The translations under genes and the position numbers were made by a program. The notes beneath the pieces are model-generated. The model was given only the letters and a program-made list of their open reading frames with translations. It was not told the origin of the DNA and ran no database searches. Positions 37,005-49,610 of a stretch of DNA of 64,000 nt are shown here, one piece after another. The first letter of the stretch is position 1. Every line of letters begins with the position of its first letter. Origin of the DNA: Callorhinchus milii (taxonomy: Eukaryota); NCBI RefSeq assembly GCF_018977255.1, contig NW_024704743.1, positions 76,820,001 through 76,884,000 of the forward strand, read 5' to 3'.

Positions 37005-38591
37005 TACATAGTTTTTATAAGATCTTACAGAGAGTGGCTTCAAAATTCATGCTGCATTGAAGAATTTACCAATTTCTGGATGCTCTTAAAATGCTACATA
37101 AATAGAGTTAGTCTAGACTCTAGACCTAAGGGGAATTTCTTCCATTATGCAAATTTGATGTATCCATGAACTGTGTCATTATAAAAGCACGTTTCAATTG
37201 TTGGGATGATAGCAAATGGCAAAAGTTATCTGAAGAGAAGTACGTTACCACATGCTCTATGCTTTTCACTCAACTTTGCTGTTCAGCGTGATTAGCGCCT
37301 GAAAAGCCGCTCCTCTTTCAAGCACAGCGATCCCGCCCAGTGCCATTCTCACTACATCTTCAAATGGATTTGAGCTCCACACAGTTCAGAACTTGAAGTG
37401 GGGAAGGAGTCATTCAGAACAGATCTTACCCTCATTCCTTCAGTAAGGAATGGAATGTGTTGAGAAATCCTGCAACTTTGACCCTTGGGCTTGGTGTTCA
37501 CTCAGTACTGGAGGTTTTTCACAGCTTAGAAAGGAAGTCTGTAACCTCATTATGGTGCAGCTTCCCATTATGGCATCAAACTGTTTCTTCAATGAGTCCA
37601 TTGTCCTGTTCTCCATCACCTTTAGCAACCCCATTCCAGCCAGCAATTACGTTCTGTGTAAAGAAATACTCTTGGTGTCTCCCATAACATTTCTCTTTCC
37701 AGTCCTGAAATTGTGCCCTCTTACACTGCTGTTTTGATATATCTGAAAACCGTTTCTGGATTTACTTCCTCTCATTCTCGATTTTGAATCCTATGGATCT
37801 CTATAAATGTATCCTTTCCAAATGTGAATGCTCGATAGTGTGCCTTGTTCCATCATAAACTGAGAAAGAGAAAGATTGCCAAGTCTCACGGTGAAAATCA
37901 GACAAACAAGTGATGAAAGTAAAATAAAAAAACACTTAGCATTTCCTTCCAGCTGCCAACTCTACAACCCCACAAAGAATTCTGGAGGAGTCCAGGGGTT
38001 ACACCCAGTGTGGTGCCTCACACACACAGCTAAACATCTGTCAATGTGCATTCTCACTGGCCATTCTCTGCCCCACTCTTAAAAAGGAAAGGTTCATCTA
38101 AATTTACACCATTTATAGTCCAATTCCCCAAGTCCCGTTGCAGGGATTAAACAAACACAGCGAGCTATGAATCCAAGAGATCTGACAACACTTTCACCAA
38201 TACACTGGCACATTTGATAGGTAGCGGGGGGTTTACAAACCAAATGAATAAGTGTCAGTTATTTGCCCATGTGCATTGATTCAAATATTAATTATATATA
38301 AATTATATCAGATGTGAAGTGCACACCTCATTCACTTCAATCTGGAGAACTCTTTCAGTTTAACGCTGTGCTTTGTGGCTGTTTAAAGGGGTGTGGAGTG
38401 GGAAGCTTGTAGTGGGATTTATGCTTCCTGCTCAGCATCCTTTCGAATTAAGGCTGAAAAAAAACAGACTCAAGATTTCAGCATCCAATGTCTTTAAGAA
38501 CATAAGAACATAAGAATTAGCAGCAGGAGTAGGCCATTCGGCCCCTCGAGCCTGCCCCGCCATTCAATAAGATCATAGCTGATCTTCTCAC

Positions 38592-41572
38592 CTAACTCTG
38601 ATTACCTGCCCTATCCCCATATCCCCTAATCCCTCTATTTTTCAAGAATCTATCAGTCTCAGCCTTGAAAATGTTCAAGGACTGAGCATCTACAGCCTTC
38701 TGGGGTAGTGAATTCCATAAGTTCACTACCCTCTGAGTGAAGAAATGTTTCCTCAACTCTGTTCTAAGAGGCTGACCCTTAATTTTAAGACTGTGACCCC
38801 TGGTTATAGATTCTCCTACCAGGGGAAACAGTCCCTCAGTGTCTACTTTATCCAGCCCTTTAAGAATCTTATAAGTTTCAATAAGATCCCCCTAATTCTT
38901 CTGTACTCTAGAGAATACAGCCCTAGTTTATTCAGCCTATCCTCATAGGTCAGTCCCCTCATCCCAGGAACTAACCGAGTGAATCTACGCTGCACCCCCT
39001 CTAGGGCAAGTATGTCCTTTTTTAAATAAGGAGACCAAAACTGCACACAATACTCTAGGTGCGGTCTCACCAAAGCCCTATACAGTTGCAGCAAGACTTC
39101 CCTACTCTTATATTCTAAACCTTTCGAAATGAACGCTAACATGCCGTTCGCCTTCTTAGTTGCTTGCTGCACCTGCAAACTAACTTTTTGGGACTGGTGT
39201 ACAAGGACACCCAAATCCCTTTGAATACTAACACTATCTAACTTCTCCCCTTCCAGAAAATAATCTGTTCTTTTATTCTTGCTACCTAGGTGAATAATTT
39301 CACACTTGCTAACATTGAATTCCATCTGCCACCTACTTGCCCACTCCCCTAGCCTATCTATATCTTGTTGCAATCTTTTTGCATCATCCTGAGAGCTCAC
39401 TCTGCTACCTAGTTTAGTATCATCCGCGAATTTAGACACATTACATTCAATGTCCTCGTCCAGATCATTGATGTAAATGGTAAATAGCTGAGGCCCAAGC
39501 ACTGATCCTTGTGGCACTCCACTAGTTACATCCTGCCAATTCGAGAATGATCCGTTTATCACTACTCTCTGCTTTCTACCCGATAGCCACTCTTCTATCC
39601 ATGTTAATATTTTCCCATTAATCCCGTGGGCCTTGATCTTGAGTAACAGCCTTTTGTGTGGCACCTTGTCAAATGCCTTCCTAAAATCCAAATATACCAC
39701 ATCTACTGGTTCCCCCTTATCCAACCTGCTGGATACATCCTCAAAAAATTCTAAAAGGTTAGTCAAGCATGACTTCCCTTTTGTAAAGCCATGTTGACTC
39801 TGCCTAATCTTTTTATGGTCTTCCAGGTATCCCATAACTACGTCTTTTATTAAGGACTCAAGAATTTTCCCTACAACTGACGTCAAACTAACTGGTCTAT
39901 AGTTTTCCCTATTTTCTCTCCCACCCTTCTTAAATAGTGGAGTTACGTTTGCAATCTTCCAATCAATGGGAACTTTTCCAGTATCCACAGACTTTTGGAA
40001 GATTATAGACATGCCATCCACTATCTCAGTAGCCACCTCCTTTAAAACTCTCGGATGCAGGCCATCCGGTCCAGGGGATTTATCGGTTTTAAGACCCGAC
40101 AATTTACCTAGAACCATCTCTTTACTAATGTTAATCTCCCTAAGTTGCTCGCTAACATTGTCTTCTTGGTCCTCTATTTTTGGTATGTTTCCAGTGTCTT
40201 CTACGGTGAAGACTGTAGAAAAATACTTGTTTAATGACTCTGCCATGTCTTTGTCCCCTATTATAATTCCTCCGGTCTCTGCCTGTAATGGACCCACATT
40301 CACCCTCGCTAGCCTTTTCCTCTTTATATATTTGTAAAAACTCTTGGAGTCTGTTTTTATGTTCTTTGCTAGTTTGCCCTCGTAATCTATTTTCTCCCTC
40401 TTGATCAATTTTTTGGTCCTCCTCTGTTGTTCCCTAAAGTTCTCCCAATCCTCGGGTTTACTACTCATCTTCGCTGTTTTATAGGCTTTTTCTTTTGATT
40501 TGATACTTTCCCTAACTGCTCTAGTTAGCCATGGCTGCACCACCTTTCCCATGGCATTCTTATTCCTCAAAGGAATATGTGCTCGTTGGGAATTTTGCAC
40601 TATCTCCTTGAATGTCTGCCATTGCTGGTCTACCGTCAAATCTTTAAGTTTAGTCTCCCAGTTTATTCTGGCTAAATCCTCTCTCATACCAGCAAAGTTG
40701 GCTCGATTTAAATTGAAGACTTTTGCTTCAGACTTAACTACTTCCCTCTCTAACTTAACGCTAAATTCCATCATATTATGATCGCTTTGCCCTAGAGGAG
40801 CCTTAAGTTCCAGTTTGCTGATCAGCCCTGTTTCATTACACAAAACAAGGTCTAATATGGCTTGTTCCCTGGTCGGCTCCTCAGCATATTGATCTAGAAA
40901 ATTATCTCTAATACATTCTATAAACTCCTCTTCTATGTTACCTTTCCCAATTTGGTTGTCCCAGTCTATGTGCAGGTTAAAATCACCCACAATTAGTGTC
41001 TTTCCTTTGCTACATGCTCCACTAATCTCTTGATTTATACCTTGAGCGATACTTTGACCACTGTTTGGGGGTCTATAAACTACTCCCACTATAGTTTTCT
41101 GCCCCTTGAAGTTACGTATCTCTACCCATACTGACTCTACATCTTGCTTTTCAGATTTAAAATCTTTCCTCTCTACTGTTTTTATCCCATCCTTTATTAG
41201 CAGGGCCACTCCCCCTCCTCGTTTACCACATCGCCTATCTTTCCTATATACCACGTAGCCGGGAATATTCAGTTCCCATCCCTGATCACCCTGTAACCAT
41301 GTCTCGGTGATGGCTACTAGATCATACCGGTTTGTCTCTATTTGTGCAACTAATTCATCTATCTTGTTACGAATGCTTCGTGCATTCAGATATAGTGCCC
41401 TTAATTCTGACTTCCGGCTATTAACCCTATTCACCAGCACTCTATCACTGTACTTCCTTTCCCTGCTTGACACACTTTGCTCTTCTCCCTTGTTAATCTG
41501 CTCTCTTGCTTTTGTTGATCTCAAGTTTAACTGTGGTGGACTATACTTTACTATGTTTTTACCTCCCCCCCC
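38592..41572 (-). CDS. CR1 ORF2 (APE endonuclease + reverse transcriptase) with one apparent 1-nt deletion at the C5 run 38888-38892
   Basis: [50 protein letters not shown]; adding one G restores RGDLIETYK...FFTQRVVNLWNSLP... to TAG at 38592. Confidence 0.9.
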
Positions 41573-42505
41573 TTAGTAGTTTAAAGCCCTTTCTACCTCC
41601 CTATTTATTCGCGTAGCCAGGACATTTGTCCCAGCCCTATTTAGGTGGAGCCCATTCCTTTGGAAAAGCTCCCATCTTCCCCAATACTCGTGCCAGTGGC
41701 CCATGAATTGGAATTCCTGCTCTCCGCACCACTCTTTTAGCCAGGCATTCAGATCTATGATCTTCTTTTGCCTGTACCAATTAGCTCCTGGCTCAGGTAA
41801 CAGTCCCGATATCATCACTTTGGAAGTTCTATTCCTTAGTTTAATTCCCAATTCCCGGAACTCGCTCCTTAACTCGTCCCTACTGGTCCTACCAATGTCA
41901 TTGGTCCCTATATGTACCATTACGATTGGATCCTCTCCCTCATGCCTCAAATTTATCTCCAGCCCGGCGGTGACATCCTTCACCCTGGCCCCAGGAAGAC
42001 AACAGAGTCTTCTTGTCTCCCTGCTACGGCTACAGAAAACTGTATCAGTCCTCCCGACTGTCTCATCCCCAATAAGAATTACATTTTTAACCTCCTGCAC
42101 AGGGGTGTTGGGGTCAGTTTGCCCGTCTTCCTCGCAGATTTCCTTGTCCACACAGGTTGCCAATATTTCATACCTGTCAGACAAGGCTAAAGTCTGGGAT
42201 TCTTCAGCCCCTCTCTTTCGGGAACGCTTGCCTGCCCGCCTGACTGTCACCCAGTCATGTCCGTCGCTGCTACATTCTTCTTCCTTGGGACTCAGGGGAG
42301 TGTCCGGCTCCAGGATAAAGCTGTCCAGGAAGTTTTCTCCATCCCTAATGCTGCGCAGCGTCTCCACCTGAGATTCCAGCTCAGCTACTCTCAGCTGGAG
42401 CTCTCTGATTTCCAGACACTTGCGGCAGAAGAAGTCATCCGGACTTAAGGCGCCCTCCATTGACTCCCACATGTGAGAGACCTCGCAGTTTACCTGCCAC
42501 ACCAT
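41573..42505 (-). CDS. CR1 ORF1 protein: zinc-finger/coiled-coil region plus SGNH esterase-like domain (about 310 aa from ATG at 42505)
   Basis: CEVSHMWE...CRKC, LQLRVAELESQVETL heptads, WVTVRR, CLPGARV, VHIGTND, GLHLN. Confidence 0.9.
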   Translation of the reverse strand: MVWQVNCEVSHMWESMEGALSPDDFFCRKCLEIRELQLRVAELESQVETLRSIRDGENFLDSFILEPDTPLSPKEEECSSDGHDWVTVRRAGKRSRKRGAEESQTLALSDRYEILATCVDKEICEEDGQTDPNTPVQEVKNVILIGDETVGRTDTVFCSRSRETRRLCCLPGARVKDVTAGLEINLRHEGEDPIVMVHIGTNDIGRTSRDELRSEFRELGIKLRNRTSKVMISGLLPEPGANWYRQKKIIDLNAWLKEWCGEQEFQFMGHWHEYWGRWELFQRNGLHLNRAGTNVLATRINREVERALNY

Positions 42506-43257
42506 CTTCACAAACTTTATATAGATACAAAGATATATAGCCTGCCCCCACTTCCCCCTCTGCACCTAATTCCCACTCTCACCAAATTCCCTCACACTCT
42601 GGCCTCGCCTCACTCCGGACGTAGCTCACTCTGGGCTCTCGGCTCGAGGTTAGAGGTTCCATCATCTGAGTAAAATGAAATAAAAATAGAAGTGTACATT
42701 CGGTGATAAGCATCTGAAACATTGTGTTCTGTTGAAGGGACGTGCTGGAACCATGAATCTGTCTTTCTCTTTCTTGTGATCTGATCTATACTGTAATATA
42801 AGTCTAAAGATGGTAGGATTGTTTTTTTTGGAAGGTTGACATCTGATGACCAAAAAACTTCTTTTATACCGTTCTTGTGATCTTTCAGATGAGGTACAGC
42901 TGCATATATTTATATATAGATACTGTATAGCTAGTATTATTTTGTTTTTATGTCAGAGTTCCTGGCTTTTAATCCAATTGCCACCTGTCTGGTGGTGTAG
43001 ACACACAAAGATGCAGAATTGTGAAATGTCCAAACTCCATAAATCATGTCCTTCCAAAAGCTTTCTCATGTCCTTCTCCATCAATGTGCATACCCCAGCA
43101 ATGCAGTGTCAGCCTGGATGATTTGAGCGTGCTTGAGTGTCGACGTGAACTGACTCAGAGGCAAGAGTGCTACCAACTGAGCCAGGTTGACACCTATAAG
43201 TTATAAAAGATGCACTTTTCCGCTAGTTTTAAATGCCAAATTCTGTGCTTTATTCAG

Positions 43258-43594
43258 GTATTGCAATCTCTTGGGATGGAGACAGCTTTGTGGAAGTCAC
43301 TGCTGCTCCTCAGCTGAAGGGAAAACTTTGTGGCTTGTGTGGGAATTACAATGGGCACAAGCGGGACGACCTCATCGGTGGCGATGGAAACTTCAAGTTT
43401 GACATCGACCAGTTTGCCGAGTCTTGGCGGGTTCAAAATAACCAAGTCTGCAACCGACCCGAGAGGAAGCCGAGGCCACAGCTTTGCTCGGGCATGGTGA
43501 AGGTTAAACTCCGCGCTCACCGGGAGTGCCAGAAACTCAAGTCCTGGGCATTTCAGAACTGCCACACCACAGTAGATTATGCACTGTTCTACAG
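43258..43594 (+). CDS. BMPER: BMPER exon 13 equivalent: vWD C-part and C8 region ([11 protein letters not shown]...[20 protein letters not shown]...DYALFY)
   Basis: tattcag| acceptor, ACAG|gtaagt donor, 337 nt. Confidence 0.97.
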
Positions 43595-43917
43595 GTAAGT
43601 CAAGCAGCAATACTTATCCACAGTGGAAGCTTCACACTGGCTGCCTGGAACTTCTCTAGTCAAGTGTTTTGTGGAAGTTCTCCCAAATAAAGCCAGGAGC
43701 AGAGTTTTGTTTTTTGGTCAACCAGGTGTCTGACACATGAGGAAACCCATCACCGGGTTTCCATGCATCCCACCAACACTAACACACTGTGGAAATCCCA
43801 CAGAAAGATTGTTGGAATGAAATGTGCGCACTCTCCACATCCTGCTTACTTAATTCCAGAAAGTATTAGGCGCAGGTTGACAGGAGCCAAGGCTTGGTGA
43901 CCCCCTAAGTGTGCGAT

Positions 43918-44082
43918 GGCCTCAAGACCCTCCTCTTCGACCGCGCTTTCAATCTCCCTGCTTCACCCCCCGCCCTCCCCTACCCCGACCCTCAGCTTGG
44001 GTCGGTAACTCTGTCTATCCAGCGCCTTGGGACGTCCTCCCGATGTGAAAGGCGCTATACAAATGTAATTTTGTTGTTGTTG
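43918..44082 (+). mobile_element. Short L2 3' end
   Basis: ctcaagaccctcctcttcgaccgcgc...gcgccttgggacgtcctcccgatgtgaaaggcgc then (gtt)n. Confidence 0.85.
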
Positions 44083-47000
44083 CTGGAGTCTAACCAACCA
44101 ATACCAAATAGCTTGCCATTGAGAGCAGCTAGGACTACCCTACAAATGATCTTGTTTATCCTTAACTTCCACAACTCCAGTGCGCGACACTGGGAAAGTG
44201 CTACAATGTTGGTGGTGCTGTCCTTTGGATGAAATGCCAAACCAAGGTCCTCTCTACCTGTTCAAGTGGACAATAAAGATTTTGTGAAACAATTCAAAAG
44301 AAAGGAGCTTGTACCTGTGTCTGACCAAAAATCATTAAGATAAATTGGTCATTCACTACATGTGGGATCTTGCTGTGGGCTAATTCAATGGTATGTTTGG
44401 CTATGAATAGAATTCCTAGATTGCCTGTGAAGTTCAAAGTTAAGCAGTAGGTGCTGTGTCAAAATACGAATCTCATTTTGATTATACCTTGATTCCTCTG
44501 CAGTATTGACAGTTAGTAATCCTCATCAATTTAAGGGATGTTGTATAAAGAAAACTGAATGCTCTTCCATTTCAGGTACCTAGTGTCTGTATTGGGCTCT
44601 GCTGGGTCAAGCTTTAGCATGTTTAGACTCACAATAAAGGTGAGAGAGGTTAATGTTTATTTTATCAGAATTCAGGAGCTCCAATAAAATAGAATAACCC
44701 AATTTAATCTAACATCTACCTTAATCCAATAGCCTCACATTTGGAAATGATTCCCACCCGTCTCCAGACACACAGCTGTTTTGGCTTGGGGGAGGGAGAT
44801 GGGCCAAAGGAGATGTGTGTCACCTTCATTGCCAGAGTGAAGTGTGAAAGCGGTTTGCATTTGATATAGAGCCTTATCACAACCTCAAATTGTCTCAAGG
44901 AGCTTCAACAATTACTTTGCATTTATATAGTGCCCTTCATACATGATAGCGTCTTGGAGCACTTAAATCATTCACAGGATTTACTGCAGAGTAGTGACTA
45001 TGTATCTGTAGGTAAACTTGACTTTAGTGCTGCAGGCATTAAAAAACAATTCTATCATCCTCAGTACAAATCGAAATCAGACACTTAGCAATTGCAGAAG
45101 AGTCTTGCTTGACATGTTTTGTGATTAGCATCCAGTTGTCCATGTGCCGCTAAACAACAGAAAAAAAATAGATTTTGCAAACATTTCTCCACGATTACAA
45201 TGGAGGTTACTTTAAAAGTATTAATTTTGTTTGCTGCAGCTCTATAATGGGATCCCATTATACTCAATACTGGCTGCTTGAAACACCCAACAAATTGTTT
45301 GATTCTTTTTATGATTGGCATGATAATCATCAATATCTCTTTAACGACAGATGAAAAGTCGATGCTGTGGAGGATAGGAGCGAACAATTACCCTTTACTC
45401 TGCTCCTGGTTGCATTCAGGGAGGGAGTTGTAAGTTGGCACAGATGCATTCCCTTTTACCAGAGACACACCTCGAGTGAGCTGTACTGCTTGAAGTGCAC
45501 AATTGAAAACCATGATCAAGCACCAATGGTTTAGCCTCCCCCCACCACCCCTACCCCCTACCACCATCCCCCCTTACCTCCCTCCCCTTTCCCACCACAC
45601 CCCCGGAAACAAAGGACAATGATCGACAGCAGGGTTGTGGGGAATATTTGTACTCCTGTAGATTGTGCAGCATTCCTAAACTGGGATTCTACTCCAGAGG
45701 AACCCAGCAACTCACCTAGAGCAAAGCACATGTGTAAATGACCGGTAAGCTGTGCCAAAACCACGTAGTGCAGCTGCAGCGGCCTGATGGTTGGCCAAAA
45801 GATTCACATATTTCTTCTCCTGTGAGTCCAAAGTTAAAACAATATCTGAACTGTATATGACTCTGGACACTGACCGGCTAGTCAGCTGGGAGAGATCAGT
45901 GGCAGCAATCCAGAGAGAAAATAGCAGGCTTCACATTTGACCTAGTTTAGGATTTTAAAAGAACAGCTCGAATTCTGTGGCAATGAATTGTGATAGTTTA
46001 TCATGAAGTACTGGAATTGGTCTTTGTTGCTCCTCTGTGGAACGTGTGTGCGTTTGACAACTGAAGGTGTCATCGCAGCTGTGCATGGGGTGTTCAGGTA
46101 GCAGATGATGAAATATCTGCTGTATTTATCAGAAGTGTTGAGGATTCCTTTTCTGTTGACAGAGCATTCGGGAGCATTCAGCTCTTAAAGTGCTGCTACA
46201 CAATGTCTGGTGAAGCCATTACTGTCCTGTACCAGTGGCTCATATTGTTGAATTTTATAATGAAAATTCCCTTATTCCTGGGAGGATACATTCTGAGATG
46301 TTGTATCTTGTAAATACATTTCCACGTGCTGTTTGCGTAACACTGGTGCTTTATATAATGCAGTTCCTGGTTCACGTGCTGGTTGATTTCCAGTATTTGG
46401 AAAAGATCTATTTTACGGTATTTCTTAATGCGATACCTTAATAGTAAATCCAAGTTGTGTTAATGGGGTTCCTTTCATTAACTGGAATAATGTTTCAGAA
46501 GGAAAGGTGGGAACTTTGCTCTCACAATCTACTTCCACAGTTGACTCCAGAAGTTCAAATAAGTAATGCCATTCAGAACTAGATTCCCAATACAGTACCT
46601 TATTAACTTTGGCTATCAGTTTGTAATTGTTGAATTGTAAAATTCGAGTCCGTCAAATCGCACATCCAAGTTGCAAAGTCCAAGTTGGCCAGTGAGCAAA
46701 ATGTCGAGTGGATGGGAGACAATTAGCAGCGAAAAAGCAGGGGGAATGGGAAATGAAGTGTGTGATGTGATAATTGTCACCGGTGATATTGCACCCTCTC
46801 CATAGATTTTTCTTCATCAGTTTTTCACTAAACTAGACATCGAATTTGCTGATTGTACTCTTAGGGGCTGCTTCTGTTCCTTACGTTCCATGTAACAAAT
46901 TTGTTGACTTGCAGTGTGCTGCTCCATTCAGTAAGATTTGCCACTTATCCTGTGCCTGGTGAATATCTAATGCAATTTTAACATTAATAAATCAAGTCAA

Positions 47001-49610
47001 GTTATTTGCCGGATTACAATTGCACAGGGACACTTTTGCGAACATAACCGAATAAAGCAGTATAAAACTTTGTTCTCAGCTGCACATTTGCTACATGGAG
47101 CACATGGAGCATGATAACCACCTTTATTTCCTTTTGAAAATATCCTTGCTGGAAAAATATGTACGAGGCTCATTTGTCAATCATTTAAATATACCTCAGA
47201 AAAATCTTATTTCCATTTGATTTGGGACAATGATAAGTTGGTTTGCCTATAAAACTCTAAATTGATGCTTTTTACACATTAAACATGACATGCAGCGATT
47301 TGTCATGTTGAACACCTCCCCCCACCCCACCTCATGCTGTCCTTGGGATTTCTCTCCTCCACACACTTCCTCTGGGAGGGTGGGAGCTTGTCCAGGATGT
47401 AGACGTCTCCATGATCTCTCCTGCTCCATGATCAGACAGCAGGGATCTGTTGAGATGAACGATTGTCTCTTTGTTCTATCTCTTACTCCCGCTTCCCCCA
47501 TGTGATACATTTTGCTTCCAAAAGGTTTTCAACCTGGGAGTCCAGCAGAGAACTCACAAACTCATCTCAACTATGCTAGGCACCACTGGGACTTAAACCC
47601 TCAACCATCTGCTGTATTTACTGACATAAGCATATTATTCCTAAAGTCCTGTTCCCTACATTTTGTCTGCAGCCTTTCTCTTTTACATTTTTTNAGCCAG
47701 ACAAAGAGGAACTTTTCTAACATATTTTCTGCAATGATATAATTTGGATTACATTGGCGAGGAATGAATTGCAATGTAGCTGGTTCCGATTTTAAAGCTC
47801 TCCTTACACCCTGTTTACAGTCAGCTAAATTCATTGTTTCCTGCTGTTTCCATGTAACAGGGTGCAGCTGTTTTTTGTAGTAAATTAGATTTATGTTGCG
47901 TTGTTATCCTACCCATAGTTTTATTCATCCCTTAAAGATATATTCTGTGTATCTGTGCTGGGTACAGTAATAAGCACAGAGCTGTCAACCCTCTCAGCCT
48001 GGCTTTCATTAGAAATAGAGATTGAGAGGGACATTATCCAGGTTTTCAAACTGATGAGAGTCATAGATCAGACGGAGGCTACTTGATTTGGATTGTCAAA
48101 ACAGAATAGATGAAACACTGTGTTTCCAAAGTTGTGGAAGAGACAACCAACAATAACAACTGATTCTGTGACAGATTAAGACTTTCAAAGACAAAGTAAT
48201 TGGTTGGGAACTGGATTGGATAAGTGCAGAATGAGATGAATTAATATTCCATGAGACACAATAATCTGTGCTGCTGGGACTGGTGGGGATGGGATGTTGT
48301 CACCTGTGTGGGAAGGAAGCCAGGATACTGGAATGGATTTCCCTGAGCAGATGATTATTCTGGTGGTTCAGCTTGATGACCTTCAGGGATAAGGGAGCGT
48401 GTCTGCAGAACATTCCCTCTGCAGTGGGAGGGTGTGCCCTTCATAGGGCAGGTTTTCCATGATCCGTGGAAAAAAGTGGGCTTGATAGCCGAATGGCCTT
48501 TTTCCACACTGCATGCCTTAAACTCTGGTTGGGGTGGGAAGTTGTGCAGGACACAGATTAAATATCTGATCTATTTTCCAGCCTATGTAATAAACCAGAA
48601 AGATGCACACATCAGGCTAGAAGCCGCTAAGCGTCAAAATATTTAGTTGAGGATTTTCAATCAGTTTCTTGCTGGGGGGGCTACTCTCAAATGCTCCAGT
48701 GCTGGGATGCTTGTCTGTGCCAGCAGTGCCTTACAAACTGAAGGCATTGAGTGAAGTCCAGGTACTTCTACACAGAAGGTGAACAACCACAGCCAACCAG
48801 TCACCTCAATCTCTCATGTGCACTTCTTAGTGGTTGGCTGCAGAGGACATTTCTGGAAGCTGGGGACAGGTTTCCCCTCTCAGACTGAGCAGGATGATGC
48901 CCTGGGAGAAAACATAAAGGCAAAAACAAAATGAAATATCTGTATAGTTGATTTATTTCTTTTTCTACCTCTGTCTTGCTAACTGCTTGTTTCCTCTTTG
49001 CTTTTTGGGCAATTTCTTTCTCTGAAATCTTTCACTTTTGTCTATCAATCTAACTTCCCCCCCTCCGTAAAGTAGGATCAGGGTCTTTCCTGACTCAGCT
49101 GGGGATGTCCAATGTCATAGGGAGCTGGCCAGTCAGTTACCCCGTGTTATCATAATTATTATAATAATTAATATCTTTACTTTTGGTTTTGAGCCTTTCA
49201 CATCAGGAAGACATCTCAAAGCTTTTCACATGATATACTGTAAAGTTAGAGACTGTATATTTTGTAGGCGAAATCAGCACTTTTTACCCACATCTGAGGG
49301 TAGTCACTCCCAGTAGCCTGGGGACATTTATTAATCTGCCAGTTAGCAAAAATCAGAGTCCATCACCCAGACTTGAATAGGTTTTGCCCTCTGATAAGAA
49401 GATGGCTTTGCTCTGTTTTCCTGTACTGCTGCTCTTTGCTGCCCTCTGCTGGCTAATTGCTGAGGTTCAGGGTCCCACTGGCCTCCCACCTCTATTGCCT
49501 GGAAAAAAAATAGCTTGAAATCCAAGAGGAAAAAATGAACCAGCAAGACAGCAGTAGAGAAACTGACTGGATGTCCTTCAGATAATTTATTTTGTGTTCT
49601 TCCCCAATTT

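Larger units (their letters stand above)
38495..42660 (-). mobile_element. Near full-length CR1 non-LTR retrotransposon, antisense in BMPER intron 12
   Basis: 5'UTR, ORF1, ORF2 (APE + RT), 3'UTR with GAATGGCCTACTCCTG motif and 8-bp (TTCTTATG)n tail at 38495-38516; no clear target-site duplication; 5' limit approximate. Confidence 0.95.

Noticed and set aside
39966..42371. Plus-strand ORFs of 89-222 aa inside the CR1
   Set aside because: Antisense shadows of CR1 ORF1/ORF2 with no independent evidence of coding.
46101..46170. C/D snoRNA candidate (ATGATGA)
   Set aside because: No box D CTGA with a terminal stem at a suitable distance.
47694..47694. Single N base
   Set aside because: Assembly ambiguity after a T-run, not biology.
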